64,000 nucleotides of DNA from an uncultured bacterium (GTDB taxonomy: Bacteria > Lindowbacteria > 2-12-FULL-62-27). The stretch covers positions 762-64,761 of the forward strand of contig CAZHRJ010000001.1 of the NCBI GenBank assembly GCA_964534765.1, given 5' to 3'. Every line of letters begins with the position of its first letter. Position 1 is the first letter of the stretch. Positions 38,480-46,692 of this stretch are shown here, piece by piece. The position numbers and the translations under genes are program-made. The notes below the pieces were generated by a model that saw only the letters and a list, made by a program, of their open reading frames with translations, ran no database searches and was not told the origin of the DNA.

Positions 38480-39715
38480 ATGGAACCGGCGATGTTTCCG
38501 CGCGTGCTGGCGCCGGAGATGGAACGGCGGATCAAAAGCCCCTACGGGGTTCTGCTCCTTGGACCCCGGCAGACGGGCAAGACTACCTTGATTGAAAGCG
38601 TTGTGCAGCGAACACGCGGGGAGGTTCTGCGGTACCGGCTTCAGGAGACGAGGACGTTTGAAGAGATTGCCAAATATCCGAGAACCATACTGGAGGCGGT
38701 CGAGGCGGCGCTTGAGCAGGGACCTGTGACGCTTTTCATCGACGAGGTCCAGAAGGTTCCGGAACTGATCGGGGACTGCCAGAGTTTGCTTGACCGATTC
38801 AAGGGCAAAGTCAAAATCTATCTGACAGGGTCATCCGCCAGAAAGCTCCGGCGGCAGGGCGCCAATCTCCTTCCAGGTCGAGTGCTGAACTATTTCCTCC
38901 ATGCGCTGGCCGTGCCGGAAATCCGGCCGGTGATCCGCCAGAGAATCCTTCCGATGAAATGTTTGCAATCTCCGACGCCCGGTCGATTGAGGCTGGAGGA
39001 ATTTCTGGCGCTGGGAACGTTGCCGGGCATCCTGAGCGCCAGGTCTGATGTACGCGTTGACCTCCTCCGGTCATACGCTTCAGGGTATCTTCAAGAGGAG
39101 ATTCGCGCGGAGGCGTTGACCCGGAATCTGGGGGGGTTTGCGCGGTTTCTCGAACTGGCCGCCCTGGAATCCGGCACGGCGCCGAATCTCTCGAAACTTT
39201 CGCAGGAATGCGGCCTGCCGCTGTCGACGGTCAAGAACTACTTTCAAATCCTAGAGGACACGCTCATCACGCGGACCGTACCGGCGTTTGTCGGAAGCGG
39301 CCGAAAACGGCTGTTGACGACGCCGCGATACTACTTTTTCGACACCGGCGTCCGAAATGCCTGCGCCGGACTTCCGCTGGACGCCCGGTCGATCTCGCGA
39401 AGGGAAATGGGAGGACTGTTCGAACAATTTATCGTTTTGGAGTTCATGAAACGCATCGCTTATCTCAAAAAACCGTGGCAACTCTATTTCTGGCGCACCA
39501 CATACGGCGCGGAAGTCGACCTCATCCTGAAAACGGAACGGGAACTGATTCCGATCGAGATCAAGTACAGCGCCGTCCCAAGGCCGGAAGACATACGGCA
39601 TCTTCGTACGTTCATGTCGGATTACAAATGCCGGCTCGGATTTCTCATCGGTCTCTACCCGCGAGCGCTCAAAGTCGCGCCCGGGATTACGGCGATCTCG
39701 TGGCTCGAGATTTGA
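38480..39715 (+). CDS. AAA-family ATPase with DUF4143-type C-terminal domain
   Basis: 411 aa. Walker A GPRQTGKTT and Walker B LFIDEVQ. The C-terminal part (...YFWRTTYGAEVDLIL...IPIEIKY...) is typical of the AAA_14/DUF4143 family. Confidence 0.8.
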   Translation: MEPAMFPRVLAPEMERRIKSPYGVLLLGPRQTGKTTLIESVVQRTRGEVLRYRLQETRTFEEIAKYPRTILEAVEAALEQGPVTLFIDEVQKVPELIGDCQSLLDRFKGKVKIYLTGSSARKLRRQGANLLPGRVLNYFLHALAVPEIRPVIRQRILPMKCLQSPTPGRLRLEEFLALGTLPGILSARSDVRVDLLRSYASGYLQEEIRAEALTRNLGGFARFLELAALESGTAPNLSKLSQECGLPLSTVKNYFQILEDTLITRTVPAFVGSGRKRLLTTPRYYFFDTGVRNACAGLPLDARSISRREMGGLFEQFIVLEFMKRIAYLKKPWQLYFWRTTYGAEVDLILKTERELIPIEIKYSAVPRPEDIRHLRTFMSDYKCRLGFLIGLYPRALKVAPGITAISWLEI

Positions 39716-39733
39716 CGATCGATTTTCGCCGGC

Positions 39734-39793
39734 CTAGACCATGGAAGGTCTGTGCCGGCGATTGCCATGGATGGCAACGGTTCGCCGGCCTAA
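39734..39793 (+). repeat. ~60-bp intergenic bulged-hairpin repeat, copy 2
   Basis: CTAGACCATGGAAGGTCTGTGCCGGCGATTGCCATGGATGGCAACGGTTCGCCGGCCTAA. Flanked by the 12-bp direct repeat TTCGCCGGCCTA (39725..39736 and 39781..39792). Confidence 0.8.
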
Positions 39794-39824
39794 CCGCAAG
39801 GCTGTTTTCCACAGAAAAAACCGT

Positions 39825-40571
39825 TTATCGATCGTTCACCATCAAACAGGCCAACGTGGTCCCATTCATCCATCGTAATTTCCTGAATCGATCATCCGTT
39901 TGCCTCAATTCCTCAAGCGCTTCCGTTACACCCTCCCACGCCGAATAATCATGCCACAAAATAATCCCCTTCCGGTCGCCGATCAGTTGGATGGCGCTCT
40001 GCGAGTCGGTGTAGACGTTTTTGCGGGAGTGATTGGCATCGATGAAGATGAAGTCGACAGAATTTTTATATGGGGTGAAATCAAAAAATGTACTGTCTCC
40101 CTGGAGTTGAATGATTTTTTCGCGGGCGGAGTTCTTTTTAAACAAAGAACCCATGTCATCCGGCCGACCGATATCCAATGTGTAGATTTTTGTTTCAGCG
40201 CCGGAGTTCAAAGCGAAGTTCAGTGTTGCAAACCCGTTTGCGGTTCCGAATTCAAATATGGTTTTCGGCTGGAAATGCCGAACGAGACTGCTGAGAATGG
40301 CAATCTCTTGAAAGGAGGTATCCCCAATCTTGGATGATCCAAACCCCAGCGCAATTTGCGACTCGGGCGATCCTCCAATCTCCCAGTAGTCCGTTTTTTC
40401 CGCGCGGGGAATGACGTCGGGTTGAAATCCCAGAAAATGGGCCAGCCGGGCGACTTTAAGCCGCGCCTCCTTTTTCAATAAAACCCTCCCCAGCAGCAGA
40501 GTCCCGCACTCCCAGAGGCAAAATAGAAATTTTGGCAGAAAGCGTTTTGTGGTTACTACGACTCCATCCAT
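39825..40571 (-). CDS. class I SAM-dependent O-methyltransferase-like protein (lower-GC gene)
   Basis: 248 aa. IFEFGTANGFATLNFA (motif I), YTLDI, FIFIDANHS, IILWHDY. The pattern is typical of the TylF/CmcI-like methyltransferase group. Visibly more AT-rich than its neighbours. Confidence 0.7.
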   Translation of the reverse strand: MDGVVVTTKRFLPKFLFCLWECGTLLLGRVLLKKEARLKVARLAHFLGFQPDVIPRAEKTDYWEIGGSPESQIALGFGSSKIGDTSFQEIAILSSLVRHFQPKTIFEFGTANGFATLNFALNSGAETKIYTLDIGRPDDMGSLFKKNSAREKIIQLQGDSTFFDFTPYKNSVDFIFIDANHSRKNVYTDSQSAIQLIGDRKGIILWHDYSAWEGVTEALEELRQTDDRFRKLRWMNGTTLACLMVNDR

Positions 40572-40712
40572 TTGTAATCCTCATCCCTTATCGGCCGCGC
40601 CCACTGCGCTTATAGCTACGGCGATCATCAGGTGTCAACCGGTTGGGATTTGCCGAGATTCTCCGGAGTGTCTTGACGGTGTTGTTCTTCCTATATTTAT
40701 GTGAGGGCCACC

Positions 40713-41483
40713 ATGAATCGTCAGGAGGTGCCGGCCGACATTGAGCTGAGCGTCATCATACCGGCCTATAACGAGGAGAAGAAGATCGAGCGGGACCTGT
40801 CGCAGGCCTGTCAGTATCTCGATCAGTGCCCCTTTTCCTATGAGATCATCGTGGTGGACGATGCCAGCGGCGACCGAACCGTCGAGGTCGGCCAGGCAGC
40901 GGCCCACCGGATGGCGCCGGACAAACCGATTCGTTTCATCCGGCAGCCTGAAAACCTCGGCAAGGGCGCGGCCGTCCGGGCCGGCATGCGGGAGGCGCGG
41001 GGCCGATACGCGCTTTTTGCCGACGCCGGCACGTGCGTTCCCTACAACAACCTCGACCGGGGCCTGGCGCTGCTCAAAGGCGGAGTGGATATGGCCTATG
41101 GGACGAGAGCGGTGACGCAGGCGAGGATTCTCAAAAAGCAACCGCTCTACCGGCGGATGGGATCGATCGTATTTCACTGGATCGTCACCCACCCCATCGG
41201 CCTGCCTGAAATATCCGACACGCAGTGCGGGTTCAAGATGTTTACTCAAAAGGCCTATCAGGACATTTTCCAGGCCATTTCAACGCGGGGGTTCATGTTC
41301 GACATCGAGACTTTTCTATACGCCCGCGAGCGCGGCTTCGCCATCCAGTCCTTTCCGGTCGACTGGTCCAACGATCCCGACACCCGGTTTAAACCCGTTT
41401 CGGGCAGCATCCGGAATTTCATGGAAATCATCGCCATCAAGTGGCGGATCCATCGGATGAAACGCGGCAGGCCCCCCGAATGA
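40713..41483 (+). CDS. GT2 glycosyltransferase, polyprenyl-phosphate sugar synthase-like (Dpm1/GtrB type)
   Basis: ATG at 40713 within ORF 40701..41483. LSVIIPAYNEEKKI, VVDDASGDRT, FADAG and TQCGFKMF are GT2 blocks. Confidence 0.8.
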   Translation: MNRQEVPADIELSVIIPAYNEEKKIERDLSQACQYLDQCPFSYEIIVVDDASGDRTVEVGQAAAHRMAPDKPIRFIRQPENLGKGAAVRAGMREARGRYALFADAGTCVPYNNLDRGLALLKGGVDMAYGTRAVTQARILKKQPLYRRMGSIVFHWIVTHPIGLPEISDTQCGFKMFTQKAYQDIFQAISTRGFMFDIETFLYARERGFAIQSFPVDWSNDPDTRFKPVSGSIRNFMEIIAIKWRIHRMKRGRPPE

Positions 41484-43123
41484 CCGCCCAACGGCGCGAC
41501 TGGGTCCGATGGGTGCTCATCTGTCTGGCGCTGGCGGTTTTGCTCACCGCCTATGCCCTGCGATATCCGAACACCGACCCGGACCAGCACATTTTCGGAT
41601 CGATGATCCTCAAGGACCTCCATCCGGAACTGTACCCTCTCGACTTTTTTCTGTCGGACCAAAAAAACTTCCAATTCTACATCCCGTGGTACCGTGCGCT
41701 TGCGGCCTGGGTGGTGGGCGACGCGCGTGGAGAGGACCTGCTGGTGAGATACAACCTCCTGTTGTTTCCAAGCTATTTTCTGTTTCTTCTGGGGATGTAT
41801 CTGCTCATCTGGCAGTTGACGGGAAAGGCGTCTGTCGGCTGGATCGTCGCCCTGAGCGCGGTCTTGACCCGCCAGTGCCTCTCGGTCAACCCGTTCGGAA
41901 TAGGCCTTGCCCAGTCGATGGTCGGGTTGAAACTGTTTTTCGCGGGCGTTCCCTGGATACTTTACATCCTGGTGCGGATGCGCCTGGGTCGATCGGGGCA
42001 GTATCTGGCCTGTTTTCTTCTGGGCCTGCTTTCAAATCTTCACCCGATTCTCGGCCTGGGGATCATGCTCTGTATGGGCGCTGCGGTCTGGGTCATTCGA
42101 CAATCCATCGGATGGAAATGGTCTGACGGTTTCGTTTCCGCGGCCGCCTTTGCCGCCGGATTTTCTCCGTTTGTCTTTCAGTATCTCCATGCCCGCCCGC
42201 CGGTCATGGGCGCTGGGCCAACGCTCACCGCGGATGAATTCTGGACGGCTTTTTCCCCCGCCTGGGGGTATCTTCCGGTTTCGCTCAAGGGTCTGCGGAA
42301 TTTTCTCCTGGACGCGCTGCCGCTTTTGTGTTTCAGCGCCCTGGCGATCCGAGGCCGCAGTCGCGGCCGGCCTGGACAACGGCCGGCGTCAGAGACGCCG
42401 GCATTTGAAAGATTTTTTTGGGTCTTTGCGGCCGCGGCCCTGATTGTCCCGATCGTGGTCAGCGCCGCTATTCAGACCCAAAGCCACCTGACCAACCGGC
42501 CGCCGGTGATCGGCCTTGAGCCAATGCGCTGGACGAGCTTCATTTATCTGCCGCTGTTTGTTTTCACGTCTTTTTTCCTGGCGGACGCCATCGACCGCCG
42601 CAGGTCCCGGCTGACGATTCTGGCGGCGGTGTTGTTGCTCTTTGCTCAAAAAGAGTTTCCCGGCCGACAAATCGTTCGCGAGGCGCTCCGGGAAAGCGGC
42701 CTGCATTCGGAGAAGCGATTGGAGGTGTGGACCCGGGAGACCCGGAGGAAGGCCGATCTTCAGGAACTGGCCGAATGGGTCCGCCGGCACACCCGGGCCG
42801 ACGATCTTTTTTTCCATCCCCACTACGATTTCCGTTTTTACGCCGAACGATCGATCGTCGTCGGCTGGAAGGACGGATCCATGCTCACCCGCGCGGGACC
42901 CGGTCGAGTCCGGGAGTGGCTCAGTCGCTCCGGCGCGGTCCGGGAAGCGCTGGACTCAAAAGATCCGCGCAAAATACTGGATACGGCGAGACAATACGGC
43001 TGTCACTATATTGTCCTCCGCAGCGGGCCCGGCAGGGGACTGGACCGATTCCAGGAAGCTCCACTTTATGAAAACCAGACATACCGGATATATCCCGTGA
43101 CGGACAATGCCGGAAAAAGTTAA
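41480..43123 (+). CDS. large polytopic membrane protein with soluble C-terminal domain (hypothetical; candidate GT-C-type transferase)
   Basis: ATG at 41480 overlaps the GT2 stop (ATGA). About 370 aa with multiple TM helices, then a ~170-aa hydrophilic domain. Contains palindrome copy A. Confidence 0.55.
   Translation: MTAQRRDWVRWVLICLALAVLLTAYALRYPNTDPDQHIFGSMILKDLHPELYPLDFFLSDQKNFQFYIPWYRALAAWVVGDARGEDLLVRYNLLLFPSYFLFLLGMYLLIWQLTGKASVGWIVALSAVLTRQCLSVNPFGIGLAQSMVGLKLFFAGVPWILYILVRMRLGRSGQYLACFLLGLLSNLHPILGLGIMLCMGAAVWVIRQSIGWKWSDGFVSAAAFAAGFSPFVFQYLHARPPVMGAGPTLTADEFWTAFSPAWGYLPVSLKGLRNFLLDALPLLCFSALAIRGRSRGRPGQRPASETPAFERFFWVFAAAALIVPIVVSAAIQTQSHLTNRPPVIGLEPMRWTSFIYLPLFVFTSFFLADAIDRRRSRLTILAAVLLLFAQKEFPGRQIVREALRESGLHSEKRLEVWTRETRRKADLQELAEWVRRHTRADDLFFHPHYDFRFYAERSIVVGWKDGSMLTRAGPGRVREWLSRSGAVREALDSKDPRKILDTARQYGCHYIVLRSGPGRGLDRFQEAPLYENQTYRIYPVTDNAGKS
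42380..42407 (+). repeat. intragenic hairpin palindrome, copy A
   Basis: CGGCCGGCGTCAGAGACGCCGGCATTTG matches copy C at 26 of 28 positions. Stem CCGGCGTC/GACGCCGG. Translated in-frame as RPASETPAF. Confidence 0.85.
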
Positions 43124-43967
43124 AATCCCGTCGAGACACTGGTCGGCGGACCATGAGGACATGCTCGAGGAGTCCAGCCACAACCATTATCTCGACGTGG
43201 CGTCCCGCAAGAACGCGATCCGGTCTTTGTCGGACCGTCTGAGCCGGCCCAATGCCGCGTATCTGGAAGCCGGCTGTTCGACGGGCTGGCTTCTGGACGA
43301 TGTGCGGCGGACATTTCCCGGAATCCGATCGATCGGCGCGGACGCGATCCTGGCCGGTCTGCGGAAGATCCGCGGCCGAGGCAGCACCGCCGGTGTCCCA
43401 AGTGCCGGCGTCTCCGACGCCGGCCGAAGCCGCGATGCGTGTCTTGCGCAGTTTGATTTGTGCCGGGCGCCGTTTGCTGATCAACGTTTTGACGCCATCA
43501 GCTGCGTCAACGTGCTGGAACATATCGAGGAAGACATCCAGGCGATGCGGGAAATCCGCCGGATGTTGAAACCGGATGGGCGGGCGTTTCTCATGGTTCC
43601 CGCGTGTCCCGGTCTGTACGACTATTTCGACGAGGTCCACCAGCACGTGAGACGGTATGACCGGACCGAATTTCGAGATAAACTCCGGTTGGCCGGGTTC
43701 GACATCGTGCGGGAAAATTACATGGGAACCGTATTGTTCCCCCCGTTTTTTGTCGTAAAAAAAATCGGCCAGTGGAAGATGAAGGGGAAGAGCCTTGAGG
43801 AGAAACGGCATCACGTCATGAAAAATCTCAGTGGCGGCGGGGCCGGCGGCGGCCCGATCGGGTATCTGGGCGCTCTGGCGATGGCCGTGGATTGGCAACT
43901 GGGAAGGTGCTTCAGCCTTCCGTTCGGGATACGGCTGTTCGCGCTCGTGGAAAGGAGCGGCTCGTGA
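43107..43967 (+). CDS. class I SAM-dependent methyltransferase
   Basis: 286 aa. YLEAGCSTGWLL (motif I), DAISCVNVLEHI, LKPDGRAFLMVP. Contains palindrome copy B inside a non-conserved loop. Confidence 0.75.
   Translation: MPEKVKIPSRHWSADHEDMLEESSHNHYLDVASRKNAIRSLSDRLSRPNAAYLEAGCSTGWLLDDVRRTFPGIRSIGADAILAGLRKIRGRGSTAGVPSAGVSDAGRSRDACLAQFDLCRAPFADQRFDAISCVNVLEHIEEDIQAMREIRRMLKPDGRAFLMVPACPGLYDYFDEVHQHVRRYDRTEFRDKLRLAGFDIVRENYMGTVLFPPFFVVKKIGQWKMKGKSLEEKRHHVMKNLSGGGAGGGPIGYLGALAMAVDWQLGRCFSLPFGIRLFALVERSGS
43398..43426 (-). repeat. intragenic hairpin palindrome, copy B (inverted orientation)
   Basis: The reverse complement of CCAAGTGCCGGCGTCTCCGACGCCGGCCG is identical to copy C over 29 bp. Translated in-frame as PSAGVSDAGR. 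Confidence 0.9.
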
Positions 43968-44923
43968 ACATTATGGTGACCGGCGTGGCCGGGTTTATCG
44001 GATCCAACCTTGCCCAGACGTTGATCCAGGCGGGCCATGTGGTCGTCGGTATTGACAACCTGTCCGCGGGAACACGGGAAAATGTTCCGGCCGGGGTCGA
44101 TCTGCGTCAGGCCGACATCCGGTCCAAAGAGATTTATCCGCTTTTTCAAGGCCGGGACGCCGTCTTTCATCTGGCGGCGAAGAATTGTCTGCTGGATTGT
44201 CTTCACAATCCGGTCGAAACCGCCGACATCAACGTCGGCGGCACGGCCAACGTCCTCGAAGCGGCGCGGCTGGCCGGGGTGCGGAAGTTCGTCTATGCCG
44301 ATTCCTCGGCCGAATACGAGGGAGTCCCGGACCTGCCGTCGAGGATCGAGCGGATCGACCCGCAGGGCGCGTACGCGGTGAGCAAACGCGGTGGCGCGCT
44401 CTTTTGCGAGACGTATCACCGGTATTTCGGATTGAATGTGACCATCCTCCGGTACTTCAACGTCTACGGGCCGGCCCAGGATTTTCGCCGGGTGATCCCG
44501 CCGGTCATGAGCGCGTTTATTTTGAAGATGCTAAAAGGCGATGCGCCCGTGATCTACGGCACAGGCGAAAAGCGGCGGGATTTTATTTACGTGGACGACG
44601 TGAACCGATTCCACCTGCTGGTCCTCAAAGACGCCCGGACCAGCGGCCGGACGTACAACGTGGGATCAGGATCGAATTATTCCGTGAACGACATTTTCCG
44701 GCTCATCGAGGATATTCTTCAGACCGGCCTAAAACCCATCCACCAGGCGCCTCTGCCCAACGACGCCGACGCCACCCTCGCCGACCTCGCTGACTCGCTC
44801 ACGCTTGGCTGGAAACCGGAAATCGCCATCCGGGAGGGATTACGCCTGACCGTGGACTATTTGAAAAGCAAAATTGAAACGGAGGCCCGCCTCGGGGCAG
44901 CCGGGCTTGGCCGGACGACATGA
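43964..44923 (+). CDS. NAD-dependent epimerase/dehydratase (extended SDR)
   Basis: GTG at 43964 (GTGA overlap with the upstream stop) or ATG at 43973. VTGVAGFIGSNL and YAVSK catalytic motifs. Confidence 0.8.
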   Translation: MNIMVTGVAGFIGSNLAQTLIQAGHVVVGIDNLSAGTRENVPAGVDLRQADIRSKEIYPLFQGRDAVFHLAAKNCLLDCLHNPVETADINVGGTANVLEAARLAGVRKFVYADSSAEYEGVPDLPSRIERIDPQGAYAVSKRGGALFCETYHRYFGLNVTILRYFNVYGPAQDFRRVIPPVMSAFILKMLKGDAPVIYGTGEKRRDFIYVDDVNRFHLLVLKDARTSGRTYNVGSGSNYSVNDIFRLIEDILQTGLKPIHQAPLPNDADATLADLADSLTLGWKPEIAIREGLRLTVDYLKSKIETEARLGAAGLGRTT

Positions 44924-45948
44924 TCATTACCCGGACCCCATTTCGCATCCCGCTGGGCGGCGGCGGGACGGACCTTCCGTCGTTTTACCGGCGGGAGGGC
45001 GGGTTTGTATTCAGCGCGGGAATCGATAAATACATGTTCATCTGCGTCAACCAGCCGATCGTCGACGATCTCATCCGTCTGAAATATTCCAAAACCGAAA
45101 TGGTCGGTTCGGTCGGCCAGGTTCAGCACGATCTGGCCCGGGAGGCGCTTCGACGGGTCGGATTCCGAAATTCCGTCGAGATCGTCTCCATGGCCGACGT
45201 CCCGGCGGGCACGGGGCTTGGATCATCCAGCTGTTATCTGGTCGGCCTCCTGAACGCCCTTCATACCCTCCGGCGGGATTTCGTGTCCCTGAAGGATCTG
45301 GCCGAGGAGGCCTGTGCGATTGAGATTCGGACTTTGAAAAAACCCATCGGCAAACAGGACCAGTACCTCGCGGCATTCGGAGGGCTGACGGTTCTGGACA
45401 TTTCCAAAACGGGAAAAGTGACGGTCACGCCGGCCAAGGTCAGCCGTGAAACCGTGGATGACCTCGAAAAACACATGCTGCTCTTCTTCACCGGCACCAT
45501 GCGAAACGCGCTCGATATCCTGTCCGAACAGAGCCGGGCGACAGAGAAGCGGGAGAATAAGGTTGTTTCAAGTCTTCAGCGGATCAAGGAAATTGGATTC
45601 CGGATCCGGGAGGCGATCGAATCCGGGGACCTCACGCGGTTTGGACTTCTCATGGACGAGCACTGGCGATACAAGAAAAAACTCTCGACAAAAATTTCCG
45701 ACAGGCGATTTGACGAGTTGTACGATCTGGCGAAAAAAAGCGGGGCGCTTGGCGGAAAAATCACGGGCGCCGGCGGCGGCGGGTTTTTCGTGTTTTATTG
45801 CGACGGCAAACCCGACCGGCTTCGAAAGGCCATGAGGGATCGGGGACTGCGGGAAATGCGATACCGCTTTGATTTCGAGGGGACCAAGGTTATTTCAAAT
45901 TTTCTCAATTACCGCGTCACCGACGCGCCGGAGGACGCGCCGCGGTAA
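44920..45948 (+). CDS. hddA: GHMP-family sugar kinase, D-glycero-alpha-D-manno-heptose 7-phosphate kinase-like
   Basis: 342 aa. RTPFRIPLGGGGTDLPSFY N-terminus, GHMP motif PAGTGLGSSS, C-terminal GAGGGGF. Context with gmhA, gmhB and hddC. Confidence 0.7.
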   Translation: MIITRTPFRIPLGGGGTDLPSFYRREGGFVFSAGIDKYMFICVNQPIVDDLIRLKYSKTEMVGSVGQVQHDLAREALRRVGFRNSVEIVSMADVPAGTGLGSSSCYLVGLLNALHTLRRDFVSLKDLAEEACAIEIRTLKKPIGKQDQYLAAFGGLTVLDISKTGKVTVTPAKVSRETVDDLEKHMLLFFTGTMRNALDILSEQSRATEKRENKVVSSLQRIKEIGFRIREAIESGDLTRFGLLMDEHWRYKKKLSTKISDRRFDELYDLAKKSGALGGKITGAGGGGFFVFYCDGKPDRLRKAMRDRGLREMRYRFDFEGTKVISNFLNYRVTDAPEDAPR

Positions 45949-46658
45949 TGAAAGCCATGGTTCTCGCCGCGGGCAGGGGCACGCGGCTCAAACCCCATAC
46001 CGACACCATCCCCAAACCCATGATGCCCGTCGCCGGCCGGCCGCTGCTTGAGCATATTTTTGAGCAAATCCGTGCGGCGGGGATCGCGGACATTGTCGTC
46101 AATCTTCACCACCGGCCCGAAGTCATCCAGAATTATTTCAGGGACGGCGGCCGGCACAACATCCGGCTGACCTATTCATTCGAGCCGGACCTGCTCGGCA
46201 CTGCGGGAGCGGTTTTGAAGCTAGCGGCGGAGTTTACGGAGACTTTTCTGGTGTATTACGGCGACAATTACGTCGAATTGGATTTGCCGGACCTGATCCG
46301 ATCGCATCGACAGTCGAAATCGGATGCGACGATCGCGGTATTTTCCTGCGAGGAGCCGCATCGATCCGGGATCGTTCAGGCGGATGACAGCGGCCGGATT
46401 TTCAATTTTGTCGAAAAACCCGACCCCGAGATCGATGTCGGCCGGCTGGCCAACGCCGGCGTCTACGTGCTGGAACCGAAAGTCATCCCGGTCATTCCCG
46501 CCGGGCGGGCGGTTGATTTTGGCCGGGACATTTTTCCGGAACTGATCCGGAATCACTTCTTCCTCCAAGCCTATCCCCTTCGGGCAGCGGTCTACGGCAT
46601 CGACACGCCGGAGCTTCACGCCAGACTCGTCCGGCATCTTGCTGAGCGAACCAATTGA
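45948..46658 (+). CDS. hddC: sugar-1-phosphate nucleotidyltransferase, heptose 1-phosphate guanylyltransferase-like
   Basis: 236 aa. LAAGRGTRLKPHTDTIPKPMMPVAGRP signature and NAGVYVLEP. Confidence 0.7.
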   Translation: MKAMVLAAGRGTRLKPHTDTIPKPMMPVAGRPLLEHIFEQIRAAGIADIVVNLHHRPEVIQNYFRDGGRHNIRLTYSFEPDLLGTAGAVLKLAAEFTETFLVYYGDNYVELDLPDLIRSHRQSKSDATIAVFSCEEPHRSGIVQADDSGRIFNFVEKPDPEIDVGRLANAGVYVLEPKVIPVIPAGRAVDFGRDIFPELIRNHFFLQAYPLRAAVYGIDTPELHARLVRHLAERTN

Positions 46659-46692
46659 AATACCGGCGGGGGATGGCTATTCTTCAAGGGAC

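Noticed and set aside
40673-40697. Promoter-like TTGACG ... TATATT upstream of the GT2 gene at 40713
   Set aside because: The spacer is only 13 nt, and alternative -10 choices with 15-17 nt spacing are poor matches. Not reported as a feature.
41022-41032. GACGCCGGCAC in the GT2 gene, matching the right half of the palindrome
   Set aside because: It is an 11-bp match only, with no complementary left arm. It encodes the conserved GT2 motif FADAGT.
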